Shown here: in pieces, positions 25,720 to 40,778 of the stretch
How positions within the stretch are numbered: the stretch's first letter is position 1
Layout of the letters: each line of letters opens with the position of its first letter
Source of the DNA: Lama guanicoe
Taxonomy: Eukaryota
Length of the DNA: 64,000 bases
Reading direction: 5' to 3'
Assembly (NCBI GenBank): GCA_013239625.1
Contig: MU053472.1
Span: 1,629,236-1,693,235, forward strand
The notes under the pieces: model-generated
Told to the model about the DNA's origin: nothing
Database searches by the model: none
What the model saw: only the letters and a program-made list of their open reading frames with translations
Made by a program: the position numbers and the translations under genes

Positions 25720-28700
25720 GAGATTGAAGTCCAGGTTTCACTAGATTTTCCCCCAGATTTGTCGGTTGTGTGCAGTTGTGTAAGTACCTACCACAGTCAA
25801 GACATGGCAACATTTCTATCACACTGCAAGTGGCATCCAACATGCTCCTTTGCCCACTATAGCTTCTCTCTCTTCTCTGGCTACTGGCAGCCACTGATCT
25901 GCTTCCTATTATTAGAGTTTTACCTTTCTAGCTTTTCATTGAAAGGGGCCCATACAGTGTGTAGACTTCCTGTCTGGCTTTTTTTTTTTTTAACTTCTTA
26001 ATAGTTTTGAGATTCATCTATGTTGTTGTATGGATGATTTGTTCTTTAAAAGTTACTGTGTAATATTCTGTTGCATCAATACAGTACAGTATATTTATCC
26101 GTGTACTTACTGATCAATGTTTACCTGTTTTTGTTATTAGGAATAACAGCTTACCTAGGTGTGACATATATGTTGTATGTATCATTATTATTGAGGGACA
26201 AGAGTTCTTTTTATATTCTGTCTATAAACCCATAGTCAGGTACATCTTTTCAAAATATTTTCTCGCGATACGGTGTTTGTCTTTCATTTTCTTATATCAG
26301 TATTAAAAAATGAGTTCTGTGTTGTGAATAATATCTACATTCATGCTTTCTTTTCCTTGTTTTAAGAAGTAAAGTTTTCTGCTTTATATTCTAGAAGCTG
26401 TATAGTTTGGTTCTTATGTTTTCAGATCTGTGATCTGTTTTGAGTTAGAAGTTAGGGAACAGTTTCTTTTTTGCATGCAAATATCTAATTTTTGATCAAC
26501 ATTTGTTCAAAAGACGATCCTTTTATCATTTAATTATATGGTACCATCAGTGAAAACTAATTGGCCATACATGTGAGTTTATGCCTCTCTATTCTGTTCC
26601 CTTGAATATAGATCTAAGTGTATGTCTATCCTTAAACCAGTATTATATATACTATCTTTTTTACGAAATGAGATATAATTGACATATAATGTTATTAGTT
26701 TATGTGTACAAAATAATGTACAGATGTATAATATTTGTATGCATTGCATAATAAAATAAATCTTGAGTTATGTCCACTTATTTCTTCTGATAAGAACTTT
26801 TAAGATCTACTCTCAGCAATTTTTAGATATATAATAAAGTATTGTTAACTATAGTCACCATGATGTACATTGCATTCCCAGGACTTACTGATCTTATAAA
26901 TAACTATACATTTGTACCTTTTTACTATCTTCATCTACTTCATACCCTAACCTGACCCTACCTTGCCTCTGGAATCTACTAATTTGTTCTTTTTATCTAT
27001 GATTTTCTTTAAAAAAATTCCACATATAAATGAGATCATATTTATTTGTCTTTATCTGGCTTATTTCACCTAGCATGATGCCTTCAAGTTCCATTTATGT
27101 TGTTGCAAGTGGCAAGATTTCCTTTTTAATGGCTGAATAATATTCCAGTGTGTATATGTGTGTGTCCATGTGCCCATTCATCAGTGGACACTTAGGTTGC
27201 TTCCATGTCTTGGCTATTGGAAATAATGCTGCAGTGCCCATGGGGATATACATATCTGTTTGATTTAGTCTTTTTATTTTCTTTGCATAAATATCAGAAT
27301 TGGGATTGCTGGTTCATATGGTAGTTTTATTTTCAAGTTTTTAGGAAACTGTATTGTTTTGCATAGTGACTGCACCAATTTATATTCCCACCAACAGTGC
27401 ACAAGGATTCCCTTTTCTCTGCATCCTTGTCAACACTTATTTCTTATCTTTTTGATAGTAATATTCAGCAGGTCCGAGGTGATATCTTACACTATATTAA
27501 TTATTGTAGCTGAATAATAGGTCTCATACAAATCAAGTCCCCAGGCATGTTTTATAAATTTTCATAAAGATGTAAAAATTAGCATGTCCTTGTTGAATAG
27601 GAGTGGTAAGAGCAGACCGTTCTGCCTTGTTCCTGATCTTTTGGGGAAATTGTTAATCTTACACCTTTGGGTTTTTTGTAGATGCCGTTAATGAGTTGAA
27701 GAAGTTCTTTTCTAGTCAACAATCTTTTATTTCTAGAATAAAGCACACCTGGTTTTGTATTGCTGGGTTTGACTTGCTAGTATTTTGTTGGGGAATTTTT
27801 GATGTCTGTTCATGAGACATAGATATCTGTAGTTTCTTGTGAAGTATTTGTTTATTTTTGAGATCAGGTGTTACTGGCCTCATACAGTAAGTTGATAAGT
27901 GTCTCCTCTTCTACCTTATGAAAGAATTTGTGTAGGATATATCTAAACTTTTTTGTTTAAATGACTGATACAATTTACAAATGATGTCACTTTTGAGAAC
28001 TTCCTTATAAGAAGTTTTAAATTATGAGTTCAGTTTCTAGGTTTAGTTTATTGAGATTGTTTTACTCACTCAAGCTGATTTCTTGTTATATTTTATTAAC
28101 TCCCTCATTCCACTTCCATTGGATGTAACTTGCTCTTCTTTGCCTGTTTTCTTAAGGTGGAAACATTGATCTCTTTATCTACTCCAATGTCAGGAACACA
28201 GTATCTTAATTACTACACCATTATAATAATATGTCTTACGTGGAATGTGTGCATAGAATGAAGTCTCATTTCTGGTAGATTCTTGATTAGGGTTGAACTG
28301 TATCAAATTAGAGAGTCTGTCAGCCTATACTTCCATTCATTTTGGCCTTTTTTTGGATTTCATTTTGTTCTTTTTTTGTATAAATGTATTGAAATATTTC
28401 CTTAGGTTTATTTCAAGATATTCAGCATATTTGTATCTTTCACTTCATAATTGTCCTCAATTTGTAAAAAGTACAGATGCTGTTTTATCTAGTGACCTTG
28501 GTAAATCCATATATTAATTAGCAATCCATATTTACAATTAATCCACATATTAATCCATGTATTAATGGTTTATCTTTCTTATGGGATTGTCTGTATATAT
28601 TTCTACCTAAAGATTTGTGTTGTTGGGTTTTATATTTGTATAATCAAATTCTCAGCAAATAAATGACAGCTTTACTTCTTCCTTGTAGTAATTTCTTATG

Positions 28701-29050
28701 CACGAGACCTTCCGTACTATGTTGAGTAGAAGTGGCCATAATGAGTATTCTTGTCTAGTTCATGATTTTAGGGTGAAAGCTTTCAGTGTTTTACCATTGT
28801 ATGATTGCTAATTTTTGTTGCTTAGTTTTGAGGTTGGTATCCTTTATCAGATTAATGAAATATTTTATATGAACAGGTTTTTAATTTTATCATATGCTTT
28901 TCTGCATCTCCTGAGATCATCTTATGATTTCTCTTTTCTATAGTACTAATTTGGTAAATGTTTCATTTTTTGTTTTTCTTCTTCTAATTTGGCATTTCTG
29001 AAATGAGTAGATTGGCCATATATGTGTTTTTGATACTTCCAATCAATTTG
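25720..29050 (-). mobile_element. Old antisense L1 (3'UTR to ORF2) with a nested younger L1
   Basis: Continuous decayed antisense L1, for example gttgaataggagtggtaagagcagac..cttgttcctgatct. Confidence 0.75.
26659..27488 (-). mobile_element. Nested younger L1MA-like 3' fragment
   Basis: gagatataattgacatataa...gttgcaagtggcaagatttcc...tgcaccaatttatattcccaccaacagtgcacaagg. It interrupts the older L1. Confidence 0.85.
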
Positions 29051-29116
29051 CTTATGTTATATTAAGAAGAAAATGTAGAGTTTATTTTATTGGCTCTCCC
29101 ACCTTTTTAAAAATAA

Positions 29117-29245
<129 letters not shown>

Positions 29246-29844
29246 TGAGCATCTTTTCATGGCATTCTTGTGCAAGATAACATGACTCCTGTGCATGTAG
29301 ACCTTTACCAATATCATTGACTTTGATATCATAATAATAAAAAAGTCACTAATATGCCTTGTGAATTCTGCGAGATAGAGTAGCTCTTAAGATTTCTTAA
29401 TGAATGTTTTCGAACTTCCCGTCTTGTCCCTTTAATAGATTAAAAGTGAAATGGGAAAGAATAAAAAGTATCTGAGGAAACATATAAAGGTTAAATATTG
29501 CTTTGAGGAACCTTTTACATGTATAATATAACATAAATACATATGTGTGTGTGTATATATATAATGTACGTTCATCTTTATGTTTACTGCTTTATGATGT
29601 GAAATGTACTTTTCTTGGTAGCATTCATCAAAATAAAGCATATTTTTGAAATGTAAAAAAAGCTTTTAAATATTCTTATTCTTTTACATTTCACAATGGA
29701 CCTAAAAGAGGGTCAAAATAGACTTATCTTCTTTAAAATCAATTTATTAAAATCTTAACAAAAATATTCAGACCTAGTGATAATGAAGAATTAATTTATA
29801 TAACCATAGGACATTAGAGGATAAAAGGGCCTTAAGATCTATTT

Positions 29845-29974
29845 TTAAAAAAGTTTTTTTGTTGAGAGGAGATAATTCAGCTCATTTATTTATTCTTACA
29901 GGAGGTACTGGGGATTGAACCCAGGACCTCATGCATGCTAAACATGCACTCTACCACTTGAGCTATACCCTCCA
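29845..29974 (-). mobile_element. tRNA-Ala-derived SINE
   Basis: ggaggtactggggattgaacccaggacctcatgcatgctaaacatgcactctaccacttgagctataccctcc, with taagatct on both flanks. Confidence 0.9.
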
Positions 29975-30129
29975 CCCTAAGATCTTATTACTGAACAGTT
30001 TCCCTTTACATTTGAGAAAACTGAAGCCCCTTGATGTTGAATGTCGTATGAAGGTCATGGATGCAAAATATAACTCTTTCATCTCATCACAGAGCAAACA
30101 CATGGAACATGGAAAACAAAATATTTTAT

Positions 30130-30680
30130 GCTCTGCCAATAAAGTAAATTTTATAGCAGAAGACTCTCAGGTTAAATTTTAAAGAGATATTTCGAGAAGT
30201 GCTTTAGAAATGTTGAACGTAAAAGGGTAAAGACATACCCGACAAATACAAACTAAAAGAACACATAGGCTTTGATACTAATGATAGATATACTTGAATT
30301 CAAGTATAAAAATATGAGACAGGACAAAGAAAATTTGTTCAGCAATAGTGTGCAAATTCATAATGAAGATCTAGTTATTATGCATGTTTACACTTCAAAT
30401 AATATCAGACTCAAAATTGACATATGACGTAGGAGAAATAATATTATTTCTGGGATAATGTAATTATCCAGTGATACATCAAATCGTTCAAAATCAACAC
30501 TACTATATGGATTGGTCCAGTAGATAATATATTAAACCTAGAAAACTATAACAGTAGCTCTTCTTTTTAGTGTCCTTTGTGCTGAAATAGATTACCTATT
30601 ATTTAGCCAAAGAGAAACTTGAACACACTTGAATAGAGAGGTAAGTTCAGCAAGATTTTTAGATCATAATTTACTTGTAT
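30130..30680 (+). mobile_element. Highly decayed L1 ORF2 endonuclease fragment
   Basis: aagtaaa..gggtaaagacatacc..gacaaatacaaac...caaattcataatgaagat pattern. Confidence 0.5.
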
Positions 30681-32394
30681 AAATGCAGTGAAGTTTTAAA
30701 ATAGTATTTCTTACATTATTTTTTAAGTATGTTACAAAGGCTATGAAGGGCAAAGTTGGTTTTTTTCCCTCAACTCTCCAGTTCTTCCAAGTATTGCAAA
30801 TCACCAAGTATTCCTGGTGATGCCCATGAAAATACAGTTTCGATTGACTTTTCTAACAGCAAATATTTTTGTGTTTATTTCTTTTAATTTTGGCCATGAA
30901 ATAATGAACACATTTAATGTTTTCATAGATATAAAGTACCTTGAAAATTAAGAAAATTCATAGTCATCAGTACAGTCATCATAAGTAAAGGAATGATTGT
31001 GAAACTTGTGTAAAAACAGATGCAAGAGTGGTAATATGAAGTATCAGTGAAAAGTGGAAATGAAATTCTTTGGATTTTTTTTTTTGATATAGCAAAGGTT
31101 TGTATTATACCTGCATTTTTTTTAAAAAAAGAAAAACTATATGAAGTTATGTTCCCACAGAAAAATCTGTTGATTTGGATACATTGTACATTTTTTGGGG
31201 AATTGATTTTCCAATTAGAAATTGTATGAGTTCAAATGTGTAGAAGATTAGAGGAAAAGTTATCATGTGGATTTCAGTCTGTTGCATAGAATTTGCTCTA
31301 TAAAATGTCACATCTGATTCACAAGATTTCCCTGGTTAAATTTGCTTCCTGCCCCGCCCCCCCCCCAAATTAGCAGTATGGTATAATTAGTCTTTTAAAC
31401 TTACCAATATTCATAATACATTAAACCTTCTTTGGTGAAATCATTTTGTGTATTACTGTGTTTTGGGGGAATGGTTGCTGCATTATATGAAAACTTCATC
31501 TCTGATTTGTCTTTTTTGCACTTTTTCTCATTGAGTTTGTCACCTTATTATGGATCTAATGATTGGTTGGTTTCTTAAATACTGTGACAGAATCATTTAT
31601 TATGTATTGTCAGCTGTGTTAAGGATTTTGTTCTGCATCTGATAATGAACAAGATTAATAAAGCATGCGTGTTAAATAGAACATTTTAATTTTTTCCCCA
31701 TCCATCATTGACATCTGTTACTTAGTAGGTTTATCTCCCCCAAATTTGGAAAAATAAACTATGTGTATGTTAAATATTTAAAAACAGTTATAAGGAGCAG
31801 TACTCTAAAACGTGGTTTATAAAATAACTTCATTTTGGATGCATTTTATTTCCAAAAATTTATAATTCTTTTCCTAATTATTTATGAATCCTGGACTCTG
31901 GGAGAAAACATTGTTCATACAGATTCTGATTCACTATTTTAGTCAGAAATGACTCATTTCACTGAATAGCAGTTGTCTGAGCTTCCTTCCTTCTATTTCT
32001 TTTTTCCTCTTGTGTTGGGAAATTCAGCAGTCTTTTTAAGTGACAGGTTATATAAATCCATTTTATGTTTAATTCCATGACTTTGAGTCAGCAGTAGAAA
32101 AACACTTTTAGTAAATAGCCAGCAGTTCATTGATCTCATACATTCTTAATGAAGATAGATTCATTTTTGATTTGTAATGAATGAAAATAAAATTTTACTT
32201 TGAGAAAAATACTTTTTCGAGGTGTAGTTTGTTCTCCTGTCACTTTTCTTCCTCAATCTTGCCTATCTTGATTATATTAAGGATTGTGTGGGGGGTTATT
32301 TTTACAGTTAAGAGGCAGATGTTTCTAGCCTAAATGTAAGAAGTGTTTGATTTTTAAAATTGCTTTGGTAAATATTTAAGTCTAGATTATTTAA

Positions 32395-32589
<195 letters not shown>

Positions 32590-32949
32590 TGATAGAATCA
32601 GCAGACTAATTGGAATCATAACATTAGTATTTCATGGTTATTCAATCACTGTATTTCTCTATTTCTGTGGAATCTTGTTTAGTAATATAATTTTATGGTA
32701 TATATGTTCAACCCCACAACACATTTTCTTCATATTACTAAGGAAGCCTTGTCCTATACCTCAGTTTCTCCTTGAGTAGTTGTGATTAATTTAGGTTCAT
32801 AGAGCTCTGTTATATTTTCAAAGCAGTTGATGAATTATATAATTAATATAACATACTGTGTACAAAACTGGATTATCTCTTTCCTTTCCCCCTGCCTCTC
32901 CTGACTCTCTGCCTGGATGTGAAGAAATAAGCATAGAATCTGGATCCAA

Positions 32950-32971
32950 ACACACACACACACACACACAC
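32950..32971. repeat. (CA)n microsatellite
   Basis: About 11 CA units read directly. Confidence 0.9.
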
Positions 32972-33259
32972 TCCATGTGTTGAATACTGAGTAGTAGACA
33001 TTATCCCTCTCTGATAGGCGCTCATGTTCTATATGTAATTGTATACATTGTATAATATATTATACTATATAACACACACACACATATATATAACACATAA
33101 TAATTCATTGTGATACATAGTTTTTCATTTTGTAGACTATGAAGAAGAATATGCCAGCTTGTCTCCTTGATGTTATAAGATCTAAAGATGGATTAATGGA
33201 GATCATGTTCTTTGAGATATTTTTGTTTTATCACAGAATCTAATGTACACCATTTACAA

Positions 33260-33345
33260 ATTTATATTAGTATCTCTAGCACCTAGGACACTGGCTGCCA
33301 CAATATAGGTGCTCGTTAAATATTTCTTGAATAAATGAGTGCATT
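33260..33345 (+). mobile_element. L2 3' end
   Basis: tatctctagcacctaggacactggctgccac..ataggtgctcgttaaatatttcttgaataaatgagt. Confidence 0.7.
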
Positions 33346-36300
33346 AACCCACTTATCAGTCAGTTATGCTGATCAAAAATTTACTGCTGTTTAATAATAT
33401 TAAATACAATTTATTAAACAGAAGTCTTCTATTGTTATAGCTATATGTTAAATTGAAAGTGGGGCATGTATTTGTTAACATCTTCATTCACAAATATAGT
33501 ATATACATATCATGGTAAGCTTTGGATATTACATGGCCTGTTTTAGCATATTAATTCTTTGTTCCTATACAAATCTTATATATATTGCATTTTAATTGTA
33601 TCACTCATTAATTTAAATTAAATTAATTAAATTAATTAACACAGGTAGAGAACCTACCTAAGAAACCGTGTGTGAATCCTCCCCTTTCTACTAAATGTGT
33701 GGGCTCCAGAGGAGTGAATCAGAGCAGGGTATGGACATTTAAGTGTGGTTATGACACCAGGTTTTCCGGAGTATTTGTCTTTATGTCATCAATATTCTTC
33801 TGTTCTTCATCGTTAATCAAAGTTATGCATGTCTTGACCTCTGCAAAATTAGACATCTCTGTTGTGATTCCATTTCATTTTATAATTTAAAAAATAAAGA
33901 TAGCTCTTGCTGCTTCAGCTGAGTGTTAAATTGAGGAAAACTCTCAAACCATTATTTGTTAAGATAGTTTATTTAAATGGCAGTGTATGTTTTGAAATTT
34001 AAACCGTATTTAAACATTTGGCTGTACTGCACTGTGTATGTTAAAGTAATATTACACTTGCCAGTACATGTAATTTTCCTTCATTGAAATGAATGCTAGG
34101 ATATAAAGTCAGTTGTCACAGCGACTAACGGGGAGTTAGTATATACAACTAAGTTAATAATGGAGATATTTATAGTGCATATTTATGTTTTTTTTTAGTG
34201 AATAGATTAACCGTATGGATTTTCATTCATTTAATACCCACCATAGACTTTTACAATAAAAAGATTAAACTTTATTGTAAAGGAATAATTCAGAATAATT
34301 AATTTTGTGTATTAAGCTTTAAATAATTAGATTTGAAGGACATAGGCTTTTAAGTAATTTTGATACATTGGAATGAGAATAGCTTTTCACAATACTCTGT
34401 TCTATTGGAGAAAATTTATAATAATAGTAACTTTTAAGCTTAGATGATCTAATTAAATTTTGCATAAAATCGTGTAGATATAGCCTATATCTTTAATTGT
34501 ATACATCTACTTATGAGTGAAATTTGTTTCTAATAACGTGAGTATCTGTCATTTAACTAGTGGCTAATAAAAGTGGATTTGTTTCAATCAAGGACCTACA
34601 AATAAGAATTTAAAAATACCTTCAGTACTGTATGCTATAAATGGAATATATTTTTAAAAAGTTTTGTTTTTATACATTGATGATATCTGCAGCTTTTCTA
34701 GGAGAGTATTTTGCAGGCTGAGATTTTGCAATAGAATGTCGTTTTGTAATGTGACTGGAGTCAACTTACAGAAAATATGTAAAGCTTTTGAATCAATTGG
34801 CAGAATCTATATAGAAACTGGCACATTAAAGAAATTTCATATTTCGTGGGAGTCTTTCTGTACTTTCTCAATTAAACCATTTATGGTGGAAATAAGAGTG
34901 CAAATACCTTTAAGGAGAATAAGAGACAAGAGTATGTATTCTTAGTTTTCATCTTACTTGAAAGTATGAAGTACTTGCAGAAAGAAGTTGAATTTTTAGT
35001 CACCTTAAAATGGTTAAGTGTACCTTTGCTTTTCAATAATTTTGCTTATTTGATACATAGAGGTATGGCAAAAATACTATATTTTATTAAATTACTAAGG
35101 CCATTGATAAACCATTTCATCTCCTATGTCTTTTTATTTTAAGTTTTATTTTGGGGAATATAAACAGTTATTTAAAGGAAGTAGTATAAGGAACCACCAT
35201 GTACTTATCATCTAACTTCAACAGTTTTCAACTTATGGACAATCTTCTTCATTTAGACCCTCCCCAAATTATTTTGAAGCATATCCCCGACTTTTTATAA
35301 TTTAACCTATTGTCTAAATGGTAAGAACTTCCAAATCATTATTTCTGTATTACCAAATGATCAAAACGTTTATCATCTAAACTGAGGTCTTCTGATTTGA
35401 GCAAATACTGTACTTGATTTAACCCTGGTCAGTAAGTATAAACTTGTACTTTTCCTTCCAACTGAACTCTCAAAGTTCTTGGCATAAAAAAATCCTTCTT
35501 TATCAAAGTCCAGTGTCCTTGCTCAATCTTTATTTCTAGACTTGCATTAGTCTCAGTTCTTTGCAAGTGCTCTGTTGCTTTGTTTTCCTGCCTGAAATGA
35601 CCCTTTGACTAGCACTCTCCCACCACGGTGTCTTAATCCTACGTATCTTTCTGGCCCCAGTTAGATGGTAGTTCTTACATGAAAAATTTCCTGATCCCCT
35701 TAGCTGAAAACAGCCTTAACTTCTAAATCCCCAAAGACAGCAATTCTCAAATCCTGTCCTCAGAACACTAGATACACCTTTCAACGTGCTCTGCAAATCA
35801 GGATTTCTGGTCAAACAGATTTAGGAAATGCTGCCTTCTCATGGAGGATGGCAATGGTGATTAGCTTTTAAATCTGTTTAAATTTATTACATTTCAATAT
35901 TTCCCAGATTTATTTGATTACAGACCTCTTTTTGTTACCTAGCATCCTTTGGGAATGCTTTTTTAACATGTAACCTCTGCCTCTGTTAACGATATTTACT
36001 TTCTATCTTATTGTATGTGTTTTCTGTCTACTTGTTCTATCTTTGCCACTAAGCTGTAAACTCCTAGAGAGCAAAGTTATTCTTCTTGACTTGAACTAAG
36101 GAAGTTAGATCCATCATGCAAGGTATAATATATCCAGTATGTTCTAGCTAATTTAAAAATATTTCTGATGCTTATTTTTGCTTCTTATAATAATAAAACT
36201 TAATTTGCTAAATATGAAAACATTTATCACCTTATTTTCTAGTTTCAAAGCATCAGTGTGATTCTTTCCCCAGATGTTTATTTAGCCATAATGGTTGAGA

Positions 36301-39159
36301 ATGTAATACAACTCTGTCAAAAGTTATCAGATGAAGAGGAAAATTGTTCATATAGGATATGTACTCATCTCTAGGGAAAGTGATACAGATTTGAGCTGGA
36401 AATTTAAAGTGTTTTTTTCGTATTTAAAGGAATAAATATATGTATGCATATAAGAATGAGGTTTCTCTCTTACATATCATATGGAGTAAATCCAGAACTT
36501 TTCTGAAGTATGAGTTTATTTGAAAATTATGTCTTTGTGCTCATCAGCTCTTGAGTATCTCTCCACTAACTGGGTTAGTGTTTCCCCTTTCGGGAATAGG
36601 AACTTCTCTTTTAAAAGCTTTAGCAAGCACAAGAGATCAGTGGAGTTTGACAAAAATGAGTGGGAGACTGAGTTGTTATTACTCTTTCTTAATGCTTTTG
36701 TATTTTCTTTTTTGGCGAATATTCTTTTAGGTCTTTGCCATGTAGACCTAAATGCTTCCCTCTGTAATGCTGAGCCACTGAACAGTTGAGACAAGTATAG
36801 TCTCTCTTGTATTCTGTGAATCGTTGATAGGTTAGAAGCGAGCTGGAGGGATCAGCAGGGTTTCTGTTGCTGCAGTCAGGTGCTTTATAAGTGGCGGGCA
36901 GCTTATCAGTACATCCTGGTTAGGTGGCAGGGGGCCCACCAGTAGTCAGTTTTCAGTAATTTCAGATCCATTATGATTATCACTTATTCTGTCAGTGCAG
37001 TGTTTGTAGAATGTCTCTTGTGGTTTGGGGAGGTCGAGAAGTTTATTTAGTGTGGATTTCGTTAAATGTGTGTGTTACCTAAAATGTTGAAAATGGGATA
37101 GTATAAAAGTATAGCTGTCACTTCATGGTGTAAATAAGTGTGGTACACTATGTACGAAAACCCAGTGATATCTTTTGAGGACGGGTGTCCAGTATAGTTG
37201 TCTTATGAGAATAGGACTGGAAAGGGGTATGAGAGGGGACTTTGGGGATTCTGTAATGTTCTATTTTTTGTTTTGGGTGATGCTTTTATGTATGCATATG
37301 TTTACTTTGTTGATTTGGGTATTTCTTTATGTATATTATATTTAATTGCATAGTTTACATTTTAAAAGAGTTCGAAACATATCATCAACAACAAAAGTTT
37401 GTGACTTCTCTCCTCACACTCTGCATGCTGTTCATTGTAGAATTTCGCAGCAGGTCTGCCCTAACCCTTCCTCTGTGAATACCCTGGCCAGTAGTACTAA
37501 TACATCTTATTTTATACTTCCGTTAAGAAGTGTCTCCTTCTTAGTTACATTATTTGACTTTACTTGGAAACCAGATTTATTTGAGTGATGTTAGGTTTGT
37601 AAGATTGATGATATTTGGCAAATGTTTGCACGAAGAAATTTAGTTTCTTTTCTTTGAAATACAGCTTCACCTTAAGTAATTTTTACCAATATTTTGAACA
37701 AAATTCAACAAGACCTACTATTTAAAGTCAAGGAACACATGAAGCCATTTCCTAACTTGAAGAAGCTCTGCACTGCCCCGAGTCCCCACCCCTCAATTCC
37801 TTTAAACAGCCTGAAACTTTTGGCAGGTTGTGTGTTTCTCTGAATTTGGCTCATCGCAGACACATAAACCACTCTTGCCTGCGACAGTGAGCAGGTACGG
37901 GATGTGGGACTGGAGGACAGGGGAGCTGGTGGACATACATTGCCTGTGCCACATATCTTTTTCCATTGATTAGTTTCTAGTTCTTAAAGAACTTGTACCA
38001 AAGCCCATGCAGAGGGACAGATTCTTACTGAGGGTATTGTGTTGCTCACACAAGCGTTTAATTTCTAAAAGAGTTTGAAAAGCTCCTGGGTAATGCACTT
38101 GTGGGTGCCTTAGCTGTGTGTGTGCACAATGACGAGACTGTAAGAGAAGCAGAGGTAGTTGTGTTCATCAGAGAAAGCATCATGGGAATTGATGCCAAAG
38201 GCTGGAAGGGTCAGGTAAAGAGAGCTGGTAGAGAAGTGGGAAGGGAACACGGCCAATTAGATGAGAAAGGAGACACCTCTGTATTTAGCTAGACAGAAAA
38301 GGTGGCCTCGAGCAGCTGTCTGATGTGGAAATCCAAAACCCATGTATGATTAAGAAGACAAAAGACAAAGACTGATAGATGTCATTAGCAGTCATTTCCC
38401 GTGTGCTTAAATTGAGAGGTAGATATGAAGTCTCCAGAGAGACTAAAGGGTTGTATAGTAAGTAAATTTTTCCATTGGCATCTGTTTTTACTTTGAGGAA
38501 GGAAATTTATTCCTTACAATTCCAATGTTATTTCTTAGTGTTAAGTACATGTGTTACATTGCAAATGTAAAGAATGTATTTAAAGAATCCTTAAAATTCA
38601 AAATTATTTTTAATTTTGGGAACAGGAGCCTTTCTTTTTCTGTTTAGAAGCAAATTTGTAACGTTGATACGAAGTGATTGTCAAGTTAACGTGACATCTA
38701 AGGCCAGTTCAACTTAAAAGTCAGATCTATCCCCGTTCCCATCTGCATACAATAGACTGGACTGCCATGATGTTTTCATAACCCAGGCGGGGGGAATGAT
38801 ACAAAGTAGACACTAAATAATATGTGTGCAGTGAACTAACCCATGACTTTCCTGTTCTCTGCACATAATTCCCATGCACTGAGCCTTGGAATGGCAGTAC
38901 TCTTAAGATTCATGATGTTTCATAGACATAAAAATTAAATAAAAGCAAAAATCAGAAGTTTAAATTCAAAGCTCATAGAACCTTGAGAGTGTCATTAATC
39001 AGCTCTAAGATGGTCAAATAAATCTTTGAAGTGGTATTTAATATTTTGTATGCTTATATATATTTTTGGAGAGGGTGTTCATAGTCCTTCTTGAACTTCA
39101 GTCATTTTAAGGTCTTTTGTGACTTGTGTCTTTTACGGAATGTAGTTGATATAATTATA

Positions 39160-40200
39160 TTTATTAAAGAGCAGTTTTACGTTCATAGCAAAATTGAGCA
39201 GAAGGTGCAGAAGTTTCCCATATATTCTCATCCCCCCCATATGTATAGTCTCACCCTTTATTGCCTCCCCGTACCAGAGTAGTACATTTGTTACACTTGA
39301 TGAACCTACATTGACACGTAATTATCATCCAGAGTCCATAGTTTATTTTAGGATTCACTTTTGGTGTTGTCCACCAGTGGGTTTGGATGAATGTACAATG
39401 AGATACATCCATCACTGTAATAACACAGAGTATTTTCACTGCCCTAAAAATCCTCTTTGCTCTGTTCTGGAATCATGGCCATCTGAGATTGGCTTATTTC
39501 ATTTAATAATGTTAGATTTCCTCCATGTTGCTACCCAACGTCAAGATTTACATAAAACTACAGTAATCAAGACAGTGTGGCATTGGTTATTAATATGATT
39601 ATAGATATCATATTGGTATCTCACGAAGTAGTGTCTGATTATAGTTTTGATTTGCATTTCCCTGTGGCTAATGATGTTGAGTGTATTTTCATGTGCTTAT
39701 TTGCCATCTTACATCGTCTTTGCCAAAATTTATATTGAGTTATTTGTCTTTTCATTATTAAGTTGTAATAATTCTGTTTATATTTTAGATACAAGTCAGT
39801 TATCAGATACATATTTTGCAAAACTTCCCTTCTGAGGGTTGTCTTTTCTTTTTCTTGGTGGCATCCTTTGAAAAAAGGTTTTAATTTTGATGAAGTCCAG
39901 TTTATCCATTTTATCTTTTATCACTTTTACTTTTGGTGTTACAGCTAAGAAAGCATTGCCTAATCTAACCATATGAAGATTTACCACTGTTTTGTTCCAG
40001 GAGGTTAATACTTTTAGCTTTAAGTCTTTGATTCATTTTGAGTTCATTTTTGTATGCAGTGTGAGGTCAGGGTCAGTTTCATTCATTTGTGTGTGGATAT
40101 CCAGTTGACCTATCATCATTTGTTGACTATTCTTTCCCCATTGAGTTGTCTTGGTAACTTTGTTGAAAGTAAATTGACCATAAATGCAGACATCTGTTTT
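39160..40200 (-). mobile_element. L1MC-like 3'UTR and ORF2 fragments (mostly antisense)
   Basis: agagcagttttacgttcatagcaaaattgagcagaagg..., gttttgatttgcatttccctgtggctaatgatgttgag..., ttgatgaagtccagtttatcc. Confidence 0.85.
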
Positions 40201-40778
40201 TTCAAAAAAAAAAAAAAAAGCTGAAGTCTTTTGAGTTGTCCTTTCCAAGAAAAATAAGACAGTGTTACAGAGAGTAGTTAAATCCTTTGTTTTTCAAAAT
40301 AAGTTCAGGTCACCTCCCCATAAGGACCAACATTCTGGGAGGATGCCATCTAAAACTGTATCAGTCTCATGAGTCTTCTTAATTACTTTTTCAGTTATAG
40401 AAGCATCTTCAAGTAGTGTGCTTTTTGTCATGGATTTTACCTTTATTCGCATTTGGAAACCTGAGATTTTTAATATCCAGCTCTCTTTTACTTTGTTCAC
40501 AAACATTGTAAACATGTTAGAATTAGTCCTAGTATTATAGAGGTTCGGGTTTTTTTTTTTCCCTTCACTTGTTTTCAAAGTTTAGCTGGAGGCAATGGTT
40601 AATCTTTAAAGGAGTCATGCTTATAAAGTTGGGATAGTTCTGAGTGGCTGATGGTCTGCTGATTCCAGCTGTAAAATGTTTTTTGGAGAGCAGAAAAACA
40701 ATTTGCTTTCATTCCAGTACACTGTAATTCTTGAGGTCCACTGGCTTTCTAAAAACATTGACTCAAAAAGTGAAATGT

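Noticed and set aside
28503..28566. Repeated aatccaYRtatt units resembling a spaced array
   Set aside because: Irregular slippage repeats within an old L1, not a CRISPR-like or ordered array.
33607..33639. (ttaa/attaa)n palindromic run
   Set aside because: Simple low-complexity AT repeat.
34250..34281. 11-bp inverted repeat tttacaataaa/tttattgtaaa
   Set aside because: Short and very AT-rich, so plausible by chance.
36913..36940. CTCF-like ggtggcagggggccc
   Set aside because: It lacks the conserved 5' CC of the core, so the match is too weak.
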